DNA from: Octopus sinensis | Lineage: Eukaryota | Length of the DNA stretch: 64,000 bases | Direction of reading: 5' to 3' | Assembly: GCF_006345805.1 (NCBI RefSeq) | Contig: NC_043017.1 | Coordinates: 9,734,001 to 9,798,000 of the forward strand | Part shown: positions 1-12,736 of the stretch, piece by piece | How the letters are laid out: each line of letters starts with the position of its first letter | Numbering within the stretch: position 1 is the first letter of the stretch | Position numbers and translations under genes: made by a program | Notes under the pieces: generated by a model | What the model saw: only the letters and a program-made list of their open reading frames with translations | Databases searched by the model: none | What the model was told of the DNA's origin: nothing

Positions 1-293
1 TTTAGGTTCAGTCCCACTGTGTGGCATCTAGGACAAGCGTCTTCTACTATAGAGCGTAACTGACCAGAGCCTTGTGAGTGGATTTGGTAAATAGAAACTG
101 AAAGAAGCCCATTGTGTGTGAGAGATTGTAGTTTTGTGTTAGTCCCTTGCAGTTCAGCAAAAGAAACTGACAAAATAAGTACTTGGGTCAATTTATTCAA
201 CTGAAACCCTTCAAGGCAGTGCCCCAGCATGGCCAGAGTTCAAGGACTGAAACAAACAAACAAAAAAAAACCCTAAAAGACAGCTCCAGTATA

Positions 294-704
294 GGCGCAG
301 GAGTGGCTGTGTGGTAAGTAGCTTGCTAACCAACCACATGGTTCCGGGTTCAGTCCCACTGCGTGGCACCTTGGGCAAGTGTCTTCTACTATATCCTCGA
401 GCCGACCAAAGCCTTGTGAGTGGATTTGGTAGACGGAAACTGAAAGAAGCCCGTCGTGTATATGTATATATATATATGTGTGTGTGAGTTTGTGTGTCTG
501 TGTTTGTCCCCCTAGCATTGCTTGACAACCGATGGTGGTGTGTTTACGTCCCCGTAACTTAGCGGTTCGGTAAAAGAGACTGATAGAATAAGTACTAGGC
601 TTACAAAGAATAAGTCCTGTTGTCGATTTGCTCGACTAAAGGTGGTGCTCCAGCATGGCCGCAGTCAAATGACTGAAACAAGTAAAAGAGTAAAGAGTAA
701 GAGT
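294..704 (+). mobile_element. SINE family A, full length (tRNA-like head GGCGCAGGAGTGGCTGTGTGGT, (GAGTAAA)n tail)
   Basis: A/B-box-like head, internal (TA)/(TG) tract, 3' ggtgctccagcatggccgcagtcaaatgactgaaacaagtaaaag; a partial copy lies at 1-258. Confidence 0.85.
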
Positions 705-1209
705 ATTCTTCATTATGTAAATCTGTAGACTCCTCTTTCACAGTAGTCGAACGAGCGCTAACAGAGTATTCTTTCTTTTGTAGCCCCTATTCTGTGTCGC
801 CCCCTTATTCAACTCTCTTTCCCCTTTCTCCCTTGCAGTTCCCACTAATACCTTTGTATCCCTCCAAGAACACACCACCACTCTCTTACCTGCTGGTGAC
901 CTTTTTAGTTCTTTAAGACTGTATAATCTCCAGATTCTGGTATTCAGATAATATTTTAATCTCACATATGTATGTATGCACATATATGTATGTATGCACG
1001 TGTGTGTGTGTGTGTGTGTATATATATCTAATATGTAAAATAGAGATTTGTGTGTATTTGCTTTTCACGTGACATACACATACATGTATGCACATATGTG
1101 TATGTATGTATATGTATGCACACACGTCTATACACATATGTATATACATACACACACTCTCATATATTGTTGCTCCTATAGATATAAATATGCATATGAA
1201 AACACACAA

Positions 1210-1263
<54 letters not shown>

Positions 1264-2117
1264 ATTGCTTCCCCTCCTTGTAAGTCTTGTTATCTTCAAG
1301 CCACTTCCATCTTGGAATTCTTACATTTCTTCAAATTATAGAATTTGCATTTTGTTCTTTCCTTCTTTTTCTTTTTTCCCTCCCTTTTCTTTTTCTTTGC
1401 TTGCTCATTGCTAACAGAACTCGTGGAAGCAGAGCTTACTGATGTGTGGGCATATGCGTTTGCATGTATACCTGTTTCTATATGAATCTATGTCTGTCTG
1501 TGTGTGTGCGGTGTATTTGTACATATGTCTGTGTGTAAATGCAGGTCTGTCTATCTGCATGTATGTGTTTCTGTGTCCTATCGATGAATATCTTGTGCAT
1601 TCAAAGGGATTTTCAAAAATACCAGCTAGCTTTTACTAAACATGTTACCTCCGTGAAGCAGATGAACATAAGACTTGTTTCGTGCTTCCATACTCATCGT
1701 CATTTAATGTCCAGTGTCCATGCTGGCATGGGTTGGACAGTTTGACCGGGCTGACACGCTGGAAGGCTGCACCAGACTCCAGTCTGATTTGGCATGGTTT
1801 TCTACAGCTGGATCCCCTTCCTAACGCCAACCACTCCAAGAGTGTAATGAGTGCTTTTACATGCCACACGGCACAGGTGCCATTTGCGTGACACTGGTAT
1901 CTGCCACATTATTATTTTTGTTGCTATCTTTTCTCTTTCACTTGTTTCAGTCATTGGACTGCGACCATGCTGGGGCACCACCTCGAAGAATTTTTAGTAG
2001 AACAAATTGACCCCAGGACTTGATTTTAAAGTCTGGTACTTATTCTATCAGTCTCTTTTGCTATAACTGATAGGTTATGGAAATGTAACCAAACCAATAC
2101 CAGTTGTCAGATGGTGG

Positions 2118-2338
2118 TGGCAGAAACGTTAGCACGCTGGATGAAATGTTTAGCAGTATTTCGTCTGCCGTTGCGTTCTGAGTTCAAATTCCGCCGAGGT
2201 TGACTTTGCCTTTCTTCCTTTCGGGGTCGATTAAATACGTACCAGTTACGCACTGGGGTCGATATAATCGACTTAATCTGTGTGTCTGTCCTTGTTTGTC
2301 CCCTCTATGTGTAGCCCCTTGTGGGCAGTAAAGAAATA
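2118..2338 (+). mobile_element. SINE family B (GGCGAGCTGGCAGAAACGTTAGCACG...AGTAAAGAAATA)
   Basis: About 230-bp family with more than 15 copies, including 5998-6222, 9125-9690 (three, -), 13190-13400, 17683-17875, 26386-26600, 27055-27263 and 28030-28196. Confidence 0.85.
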
Positions 2339-3775
2339 GGTAGTGGGATGCATGCACACACACACACACACACAGAGTCACTACTATTATACTCTGACCA
2401 TGGGTAGTAGCACCTGTTAGGGTCTCAGCTGTAGGTTAATAGGCATGTCATGGAAAGAGATCATTCACAGACATCTCAACAGACCCAGGGCTGATGAGGC
2501 CCCTTGATTCTTTAGCTGTTTGTTCATCTAAGACAAGCTAACTCCTAGATCCTGATAACTACTAGGCTTGTGGTCCTTGTTGCCTGAGACCAATACAAGT
2601 TTGAAGGACGAGAGAGTGAGATTGGCTCTGCACAAACCACATGCTCTATAATAATAAGACCCTGCCGCCTTGTAGGATGATTTATAGTGTTCAAACACAG
2701 ACAGACAGAGAGACATATGCACAGACATAGATTCACATAGACGGCTCCCTACAAAATTTCCAGGAGGGACCATCAAGCAGATATGTATGGTACTTAACCA
2801 ATATTTGGCATCCCATTGCAGCTCCATGGATGCTGTGAATATGACTTGTTTTTCTTTTGTGATGTATCCATGAGTGGAAAGGTCATAAGTATACCTGGCG
2901 CCAGGCCCTTACTTTTGGAAACGGCCCAGGCACAGCAGAGGTGGTAAGGTACTTTTTCAGTAATAACATCAATCAACAATGAAAAAAACCTGCATAAACA
3001 CAATCTGTGCTAACAGATTGTCTTAGTCTTACCTGTAAATGTCTTCAAATCACGCATCAAACTGCTGGGGAAATGTCCATTTCGTAGGCAGCCAATATTC
3101 TTCAGATGCCTTTGTTTTGAAAACCTTTACTGAATAGAAAGTCAGTTAATACATTTCCTTTGTTTATCCGTTTCTATGTGTCTGTTTGTCTACCTGTTTT
3201 TTTTTTTTACTTTTTTTATCTACCTTTACTTGTTTATGTCTTCCTTCCTTCCTTCCTACATTTCTACCTGCCTATGTCTATCTTGTCTGATCCTCGAGAG
3301 CTTTGCTGGAGACTGACATCTCTGCACTGTATGATTTGAACTTTGGTGGTGGTCGTCGTTGTTGTTGTTGTTGTGTGTGTTTTATGGGATGTTGTACCAT
3401 AGTGTAGTATATGTGGTGCGTTGTGGAATAATAATGGTATGGGTAGTAGTGGAAGGATTGTGAAGTGTTGCCAAAACAATGATGGCTAATGTTCTTTGAA
3501 TATCAACACCAAGTATTGATCTTGGAACTCTATCTTTCTATTGTTTTCAATTTCTTCTCCCCTCTCCCCCTTCTCCTCTCCCTCCTCTCTCCTTACCCAT
3601 TCTCTCTCTTCCTCTCCTCTCTTTCCCCCTTCCTCTCCCCTATTCTACTCTCTCTTTCTCATCCTCCCTTCTTATTCTCCACATCATTCTCTTTCCTTCC
3701 CTTTTCCCCTGGCCTCTTTCTTCTCTTTCTTCATGTTCTCCTTCTTTCGAATCTCCTTCCTTGCCTTTTTGCCTT

Positions 3776-3896
3776 CTTCACAATCTCCTCTTCCTCCTTC
3801 ACAATCTCCTCTTCCTCCTTCACAATCTCCTCTTCCTCCTTCACAATCTCCTCTTCCTCCTTCACAATCTCCTCTTCCTCCTTCACAATCTCCTCT
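3776..3896. repeat. Perfect 21-bp minisatellite (CTTCACAATCTCCTCTTCCTC) x about 5.7
   Basis: Directly visible tandem copies within a CT-rich tract. Confidence 0.95.
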
Positions 3897-3914
3897 CCAC
3901 TTCCATTTTCCTTC

Positions 3915-3952
<38 letters not shown>

Positions 3953-4429
3953 ACCAGTTTCCTTGTTCTCTTCTCTCTCTTCCTGTCTCCATTCATGTCT
4001 TTCCCATCCTCCTCTCCATCTCCTTTTTCCTTTTCACTTTCTCCATCTTCTCTTTCCATTCCTTCCTCCTTTTTCATTTTCTTCATTAGTTCTTTCTTTT
4101 CTCTTTTCTCTTCTTCCTTTTCTTCCTTCTTCTTCTAGATTCTTTCCTCTTAGATATTTACACTACAGACCATCCCCCCCCACATGCATACAACATGTTC
4201 TTCTGCTATCACCAGGAATATTTCAACCAACTGAAGCATCAATTGTTTCTTCAATCATCTTTCATGTGGCAATGGACAGCAAATGTTTATTTGAAAATAA
4301 ATAAATAAATAGAACAAAAAACAAAAAAAAGAAGCACTGAAAAGCAACAATAAAAAGAAAACAGCAAATTGATTAAAAGAAAATAAGTAAAGAAACCCCC
4401 CCCCAATCAAATCAAAGAATATTGTTTCA

Positions 4430-4785
4430 CTTTAATCATCATCATCATAACCATCACTTTTACCACAGTCATCATCATCATCATAACCACCAGTATCATA
4501 ACTGCTACCACTACAACCACCACCACTACCATCATCATCATCACCACCACTACCATCACCATCATCGCCACCACTATCGTTGCCATCATTATTGTTGATG
4601 GTGGTGGTGGTGGTGGTGGTGGTTGGTGGTGGTGGTGGTGTTGTTGGTGGTGGTGGTGTTGTTGTTGTTGGTGGTGGTGTTGTTGTTGTTGGTGGTGGTG
4701 TTGTTGTTGGTGGTGGTGGTGGTTGTTGTTGTTGGTGGTGGTGGTGGTGGTGGTGGTGGTGGTGGTGGTGGTGGTGGTGGTTATA
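4430..4785. repeat. (ATC/ACC)n followed by (GGT/GTT)n compound microsatellite
   Basis: Directly visible. Confidence 0.92.
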
Positions 4786-5052
4786 TATGATGGTAGCAAT
4801 GGTTGTAGAATTGGTAAAAACAAAACTGAAGAGAGGCCGCCTGAGTGTTTCCAAGACCCCAAACCATTCCATTCTTCCATTGGGAAATATTGCAAGTGCT
4901 ATTATCTGGCAAGTCATGCTAGAATGACTTCTAGCTGACCAGGTGGTGGTGCTGGTGGTGGTCATTGAAGTAGAAACTTCTTTTTATACTTTTGCACATC
5001 TATCTCTCTCTTTCTCCTTTCCTCCCTCCTTCCATACCTCCTAACCCCTCTC

Positions 5053-5090
<38 letters not shown>

Positions 5091-6907
5091 GTGGGGTTGA
5101 ATGGCATATATAAAAAAGAGGTCAACACAATATATATAAAAACACAATATATATGAATAACACAATATATATAAAAAAAGAGGTCAGCACAAAAGTACTC
5201 AATAGTAATAGAATTCATATTTTCTGACCTGTATCTGCTATCATTGGTTTCATGCACACATGTATAATCTTCAGGCAAATTACTAATTCACTTATGCCAA
5301 AGGGTTTAATTACTATATATATAGTAAATGTTGAATGCCGAGAATGAGTACTCAATACCACATTAGTGGATAAAATTTCTTTACTTGTGTATTAAGGTTA
5401 CCATAGGCTTCATGTTAAGAAATATGTCTTAACAATTTTTCAAGCCAATCACATGGATTGGCTTCCTTTTCTTACTGTGGTAGCCAAGTGTCTCCTTTAT
5501 AGTATGATACCTATTTATATCCCTCTACTAAACTTTCACCACTCAACTGGCACAAAGCTAACTCCCTTAGTTCCACTCCCTCTCCTGGCTGAAAGGTTTT
5601 CATCTCACAGGTTACTTGGCAACCCCACTGGTCTTGGTGCCGCATAAAATGCACCCAGTATGCTCTGTAAAGTGGTTGTCATTATGAAGGGTATCTAGCC
5701 GTAAAAACTATACCAAAGCAGAGAAGGGAGCCCAGTGCAGCCTTCTGGCTTGTCTAACTCCTGTCAAACTCTCCTACCCATACCAGCAGCGAAAATGGAC
5801 CTTAAATGATGATGATGATGATAATGAGAGTTGGAGATGCTGGCATGGCTGTGTGGATTCAGGTCCTACCATACTCCGTAATACCTTATGCAAATGTCTT
5901 CTATTGCCCTGTGAGTAAATTGTTGGGAAGCAATCTGCTTACCACACAGCCACTCCTATATTATACTATACACCCAGTCCACTGTGTAAAGTGAGTGGTA
6001 GGCAGAAACATTAGCATGCCAGACGAAATGCTTAGCGGTATTTCATCTGCCGTTACGTTCTGAGTTCAAATTCCGCCGAGGTCGACTTTGCCTTTCATCC
6101 TTTCGGGGTCGATTAAATAAGTACCAGTTACACACTGGGGTCGATGTAATCGACTTAATCCCTTTGTCTGTCCTTGTTTGTTCCCTCTATGTTTAGTCCC
6201 TTTTGGGTAATAAAGAAATAGGTATTAGGAATGGCATCTGGCCTTAAAGACCATGCCAGAACAGACTTCACTGGTGCTGATACCAGATAGAAACCACCCT
6301 GTAAAGTGGTTGGAGTTAGGAAGGGTATCCATCCATGGAAACCATTCCAAAATAAACAGTGGGACTCAGTGCCATCCTCTGGCTTGCCAGCTGCTGTCAA
6401 TCCATCTAACCCATGCCAGCATGAATGATGGACGTTAAATGATGATGATGATGATGATATCTAATCAACTGACTTTCTTCCTTCACTGGAATGTTTTGAT
6501 GAATGCACCAGATGGCATAAATGCACATCTCATCAATACAACAACAACAGGCAAACCAATCAATCTATCAATATATTATCAATAATATATGAAAGTCTAT
6601 CACTGGTTTCCGATAAAATATTGACTAAGTATATATACGATATGATATTTCCTCTGATCACTTTCAACTTGGACATCAAACTGTTTCCTGAACAATGTTG
6701 CTGCTACCATCAGCATCGATATTGCTACTGGCATCACTACTATGGCCAGTACCACTGTCTTCCCTACTACCACCTCAACCAATGCTACTGACACTAATAC
6801 CATAGCCAGTACTACTTCCACCACCACCATAGCGAGTACTACTTCCACTACCATGGTGGGTGGGGGGGTAAAACACAGACACACGCACATATATACATAC
6901 ATACATA

Positions 6908-7019
6908 CGAGGGATGTATGAAAAGTTTTGAGCCTTAAAGTATTGTACCTTCATCAGAAGTCTTGTACCATGTTTTGTTTTGTTTTTTTGAGGCTCAAGA
7001 CTTTTCATACACCCACTCA
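6908..7019. mobile_element. Tc1/mariner-type MITE (about 112 bp)
   Basis: TIRs CGAGGGATGTATGAAAAGTTTTGAGCCT and AGGCTCAAGACTTTTCATACACCCACTCA, flanked by TA on both sides. Confidence 0.78.
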
Positions 7020-7062
7020 TACATACATATATATACACACACACACACACATATATATATAT

Positions 7063-7345
7063 CACGTGATCACGTGACCGACCAGACCATCAGATGTTAC
7101 ACATCGCTGGTCATAATGCACTTCGCATTGTTTTAGCCTTCGAATGATGCCACCCCGCTGGCTAAGCGAGCAGGCCAACAGAAGAAAGAGTGAAAGAAAG
7201 AGTGGTGAAAGAGTACAGCAGGGATCACCACCCCCTGCCGGAGCCTCGTGGAGCTTTTAGGTGTTTTCGCTCAATAAACACTCACAACATCCGGTCTGGG
7301 AATCGAAACCGCAATCCTACGACTGCGAGTCCTCTGCCCTAACCA
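7063..7345 (-). mobile_element. SINE family D head/core with an alternative 3' tail
   Basis: First ~190 nt match the 46248 element; the tail ends CACGTGATCACGTGA(TA)n. Related copies at 19190-19385, 32990-33272, 49040-49240, 54958-55220 and 63180-63420. Confidence 0.82.
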
Positions 7346-7362
7346 GTGGGCCATTGCGTCTC

Positions 7363-7413
<51 letters not shown>

Positions 7414-8407
7414 TATATATATACATACACACACACACACACAATAGGCTTCTTTCAGTTTCTGTCTACCAAATCCACTCACAAGGCTGGTCAGCCCAAG
7501 GCTATAGTAAAAGACATTTGTCCAAGGTGCTGTGCAGTGGGACTGTAGAATCCATGCCAGATCTGATTGGCACCTGGTGTGGCTCCCCAGCTTGCCAGCT
7601 CTGGTCAAACTGTCCAACCCATGCCAGCATGGATCACGGTTGTTAAATGATAATGATGATGAATATTGGATTGGGAAACCCTTTTGGTTAGAAAGTCGAA
7701 TAGCTAGGGTTGGTCACAGGAAGAGCATCCAGCCATAGAAAACCTACCTCAACAAATTTTGTGTCACCCATGCAAGCATGGGAAAGTGAACATGATAACT
7801 GTGTGTTTGTCCCCCTTCACCACCACCACCACCACAACTTGATCACCGATGTTGGTTAGTTTACATCCCTATAAGGGTTTCTATAAGGGACTGATAGGAT
7901 AAATACCAGATATATAAAGAAAAAGAAAACGGAACTCGTAAGGCCAATTTGTTCAACTGAATCAGCTTTTACCCATGGACCCTTTCTGATTCCTATTTTA
8001 TTCAGTTGGACCCTCTTAGCCTCTTATATTTTTAGAATTAAATATTATTAAGGATTGTATAAAAAAAATTTGTTAAACTATTGTGTATTGTTAAAGTATA
8101 ACCTATTACATGTAAATTTTAACAATAAAATCTTATATAGACCCCGCTCCCCAGTGATCATATGGACCCTGGTTGAAAACTACTGAACTAAACCCTTCAA
8201 GATGATGCCCCAGCATGGCCGCAATCCAATGACTGTAGCAAGCAAAGGATAACAGATAACGATTGAAAATAAAATTCAACACTAAAGTGTCCGGTTTATT
8301 GTCCTCCAACCCTCTATAATCCACCCCACTCCCACCCTATCAGTTTGTGTACTTTGTGATCTGTTTCATGTGTAATTACATTTCTTATTCCTTATAACAC
8401 CGGTTTG

Positions 8408-8421
8408 GTTTCCACGGCAAC
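8408..8421. promoter_or_regulatory. RFX X-box-like palindrome GTTTCCACGGCAAC
   Basis: Close to the GTNRCC-N(0-3)-RGYAAC consensus; lies in non-repetitive sequence beside AACAAAG/CTTTGTT sites. Confidence 0.3.
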
Positions 8422-9698
8422 ACAGCTAATTAACAAAGACATCTCTTTGTTAGCAAATATACTTGGCCTCTCTTTGTCATTTTCTTCTGTTCTGCTAATT
8501 CCGTTATGTTATCTCTTCCTTCTTTCCTTCTCTCTCTCTTTCTTTGAGATAAACAAGCAAATAAGGTTGTTATTGCTCAATCTGCTAGAAATAACACCCA
8601 CAACAGCATTGGATTTACACTCTGCTGTCTGGACACATTGTAATAATGTAGTCTTTAAAAACATTGTGTCTGAATAAAGGCTGAGATTGTTCGTGGCTGC
8701 TGGGACATCTTTCAGATTTCAGATCAGCTGCTTGACATTTGGCTAAACAACAACAGCAACAACAAAAGAAAAATCTACAATCCATCCATCCATTCATCCA
8801 TCTGTGTATGGCAGTCTGAACTGCTTTAACCATCCTTAATCTTGTAATTATCTCCAGGTGAAATAAGTACTCTCTCTCTCTCTCTTACTTTCTCTCTCTC
8901 ACACACACACATACACACACCCAGCTATAATTCTGACAGTCTTAATCTGACAAGTGGATTTGTCAAAGGGTTTGTCTACATTGACACCTTGGCTGGCATT
9001 GGTCAATCCTCTTGTTGGCACATGTGGTTGGGCACATGCACACAACATGTGCACACGCAAACACACTGCCCCATGCACTTCATTTAGAGCGTAGAATAAA
9101 ATACCTTGTGACCTTCTGACCCCGGCAGCATTTGAAACCAGAATATAAAGACGTACAAAATGCCACTAAGCTCTTTGTCCAATGTGCTAACAATTCTGCC
9201 AGCTCGCTGCCTTAATAATAATAATAATGGTTTCAAATTTTGCCACAAGGGCAGCAATTTTGGGGGAGGAAGCTAGACGATTATATTGACCCCCAGTGTT
9301 TCACTGGTACTTAATTTATCAACCCTGAAAGAATGAAAAACAGTCGACCTCAGCGGAATTTGAACTAAGAACATAGCGGCAGATGAAATACCGCTAAGCA
9401 TTTTATCCAGCATGCTAACAATTCTGCCAGCTCACTGCATTAATAATAATTATTCCTTTATTGCCCACGGGGCGGGGGAGCTAAACATAAAGGGGACAAA
9501 CAAGAACAGACAAAGGGATCAAGTCGAATACATCAACCTCAGTGCGTAACTTGTACTTATTTAATCGATCCCAAAAAAGATGAAAGGCAAAGTCGACATC
9601 GGTGGAATTTGAACTCAGAACGTAACAGCAGACGAAATATCGCTAAGCATTTCGCCTGGCATGCTAATGATTCTGCCGGCTCGTCGCCCTAACAACAT

Positions 9699-9731
<33 letters not shown>

Positions 9732-10039
9732 ATTTTACAAATTAAATGATGTCAAATTTTCTTCCTCCCCCCCTGCACCTTCCCTCTTCTTTCTGCCTAC
9801 ACTTTTTTTCTGTTACACCCTGCCATCTTCTCAACTCCGAATCCTTTCACCTCCTCCTTCTCCAGCCTCTCTGTCTCACACATGTGCATGATTGGATATA
9901 AGGAAGGTTACACATGACTTGTTGAGATGTAAACATCCTAAATGTACACCCTACCACACACACACACACACACACACAATGTCATGCATGGATGATTGTG
10001 TGTTGTGCTTCTCTATATGTAATATGTACACACATGTAA

Positions 10040-10060
10040 ATTTACTGTGTGTGTGTATAT

Positions 10061-10096
<36 letters not shown>

Positions 10097-10311
10097 ATAT
10101 ATTATATATATATATATTGATTGTGTGTGTGTATATATATATATGTGTATATATATATTGATTGTGTGTGTGTATATATATATATGTGTATATATATATT
10201 GATTGTGTGTGTGTATATATATATATATGTGTGTGTGTGTATATATGTGTGTGTGTGTGTGTGTATATATGTGTGTGTGTGTGTGTGTATATATGTGTGT
10301 GTGTGTGTGTG

Positions 10312-10388
<77 letters not shown>

Positions 10389-10440
10389 TGTGTGTATATA
10401 TATAAATTTTATTTGTATGTGTGTTTATGTGTGTATGTAT
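10040..10440. repeat. (TA)/(TG) compound microsatellite
   Basis: Directly visible. Confidence 0.95.
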
Positions 10441-10967
10441 AATTTATGGATTTTATACACACTCCCAAAGTTGACTTGAGATAAACATATTAAATTTCTA
10501 ATATTAAAGGAATTTGTTTTTCTTCTTTATTCACTTTAATTAAAATGGTTTTCATCGCAATTTTTCAAAGGGGACAATCTTGTGTCCCAGATTCCACCTC
10601 CACCACAGCTACTGTTTCAGTTGTCAACCACATTCTCTGATTGGGGGCAGGAGAAATAGCTAAATGCACTTTAACACTCACTTATTCTTCCTTCTGACAT
10701 AGGTGTGGGGGTTGAGGACCCTATTCCCACTATTTCTAGTTTCCTGGATGTTGTGGCTCACATGCCTATTTTTCTTTACTATTTTTTATCTTTCTTTGCT
10801 ATTTTATCATTGTCATTCAATCCCTACTCAATACTGATCTATCTGGCCTCTGATCAGACCTTCCAACCATGACCATCCCGCCATCCCATTTTTCTATTCT
10901 TCCAGACTTGATATATCCACCATGATATCATCTGATGTCTCCTTTTTATTTTTCTTGAGTGATTTAA

Positions 10968-11189
10968 CCCTTTCATTACCAACCCAGCTGAAGCTGCCTC
11001 TGGCTCTGTAGTACAAATGTCTTGTTTTCATAAGTTTTGAATAAAAATCTTCCACCAAACCTTAGTCACAATTTATGTTTCTAACACTAGCTGAATGATA
11101 ACTTAGTTTTTTTACTAAATTCTTTGCTATATTTAAAATTAATTGAAAGAAACACAGAGCATCTCAAAATAAATACAGTAACAAAAGGG
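10968..11189. mobile_element. piggyBac-type MITE family 1
   Basis: TTAA|CCCTTTCATTAC...GTAACAAAAGGG|TTAA; second copy at 36858-37039. Confidence 0.78.
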
Positions 11190-11712
11190 TTAAAGAAGAT
11201 TTGGCTGCTATTTCTGGCTTGCTGGACAGCCACATAGAGGCTCTCCTTAGCCATTTGAGATGGCTGTGTTTATTATTTCTTTAGTTTGGAAAGGACTCTC
11301 AGAGCTTACCAGATGGTAGTTCGGATTTGGTACTTGGTGAGGCTGTGATGTTCATGCCATTTTTCCAGGAGCATTACCATTGCCCTCACTACTAACCCTA
11401 ACCATTGTCCCCGCCCCACCACCACCTCCATTATCTCCACCCCTACACTCAACACAGCAATGCATGTTGGCAGTTTTATCTCAATTCTTCCTTTTATTTA
11501 TTTATTTATTTATCCCCCCCCCTTGTTATGTATTTTCTCTTCCTTTTTCTCTTTTCTCTGCCAATGTTCCAAAGAAGGTCTATATTCGAAGCATCTTTGT
11601 TAACTGTTTCCATTTCTCACTAGTAAAAACTAATAGCTTTGAGTGTGGGCCTATCCCATCTCGTGTAAAAAAAAAAAAACACGAGATGGGACAGGCTCAC
11701 CATCAAACACAT

Positions 11713-12075
11713 CATCATCATCATTGTTCGACCGTGGTCGAGACAATGGAATTTACCATGCTACGCCAGACTTCACGGTCCATCATGGCATTACGGAGGT
11801 CCTGTTGCTGGATGCCTGTATCCCTGGAGATTACATCAAGGTAGGAGAGTGTGCGCCCTCTGGTATTGCGAGTAGATGGCTTCCAGAGGAGAAGAGGAGA
11901 AACTACCTCTTTTTCAGCTCTACAACAATGTCCAGCAAACTGGACTATCCTACCTTTCACAAGAGATGACACAGGTGGTAGTTTCCCATATATTTGCATT
12001 TTGGTTGGATGGCGCTTCCACGAGAGATTTTGAGCTCTCATAAGGAGGCGAGTGTAGGTTCCATCCAACCGCCTC
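11713..12075 (-). mobile_element. 5'-truncated RTE-clade LINE (ORF2 C-terminus plus (TGA)n tail)
   Basis: Peptide RLDGTYTRLL...QFAGHCCRAEKE..LLLW..RGR...YLDVISRDTG...LRNAMMDREVW; (TGA)4 tail; 10-bp TSD TCAAACACAT at 11703-11712 and 12076-12085. Confidence 0.88.
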
Positions 12076-12345
12076 TCAAACACATGGAAGAGATACAATT
12101 GTCAGCAAATCATTGTCTCCCCCCCCACACTTGAGTCGGAAAGCAAATATGTAGCAAAGTTGATAATTAAACAATGATTAGGGAACATTTTCTCTTCTTC
12201 CCTCTGACTCTCTGTCTCTGTGGCTGTGTGGTTAAGAAATCGGCTTCTCAGCCATGGTGCTTTGAGTTCAGTTTCATAGCACGGCACCTTGGGCTTCTTT
12301 TTCTAACACAGCAGGCGAACCAAGCCTTTTGAGTGGATTTAGAAG

Positions 12346-12736
12346 GTTGCTAGTGACACTCTGAATGTGAAGGGACTAATTTTCAGATAATCTCTATATT
12401 TTTGTAGGGACACATTTGGGAGAATAGATAGCAGGCAATCTAAAATTGCTAGTGACACTACAACGGTGAAAGGTAAGTTGCTAGTGACATTCTGATGGTG
12501 AAGGGATTAATTTTGAGGCAATCTGTATTTCTGTTAGCGACACGTTTGGGTGACAAAATGACAGGCAATTTAGAATCGTTAGTGAAAATTTGTAGGTGAC
12601 GAGTTTACTTTGCAGGCAATCTAGAGTTACTAGTGACATTTGGAAGGTGAAGGGATTGATTTCAAAGCAATATTTATCCTTGTTAGTGATACACTTGGAA
12701 GACTAGTTAACAGGCAATCTAAAGTTGCTAGTGACA
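12346..12736. repeat. Degenerate minisatellite: conserved GGCAATCTARAGTTGCTAGTGACA motif, units about 44-53 bp
   Basis: About 9 occurrences of (g/a)(c/t)tagtgaca. Confidence 0.8.

Noticed and set aside
294-370. tRNA-like heads of SINE families A, B and D as tRNA genes
   Set aside because: They continue into SINE bodies and lack complete cloverleaf pairing.
2490-2520. CTGATGAG motif
   Set aside because: No downstream GAAA or hammerhead stems.
3075-3105. Minus-strand CTGAAGA...CGAAA hammerhead-like spacing
   Set aside because: No stem II closing pair and no stem I complementarity.
2790-3129. Two apparent minus-strand exons (3033-3124/3129 and ending at 2989)
   Set aside because: The implied intron is only 43 bp, the phases are incompatible, and the peptides were not recognised.
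12346-12736. CRISPR-like repeat-spacer appearance
   Set aside because: The spacers are related to each other in two alternating types, the repeats are degenerate, there are no cas genes, and the context is eukaryotic.
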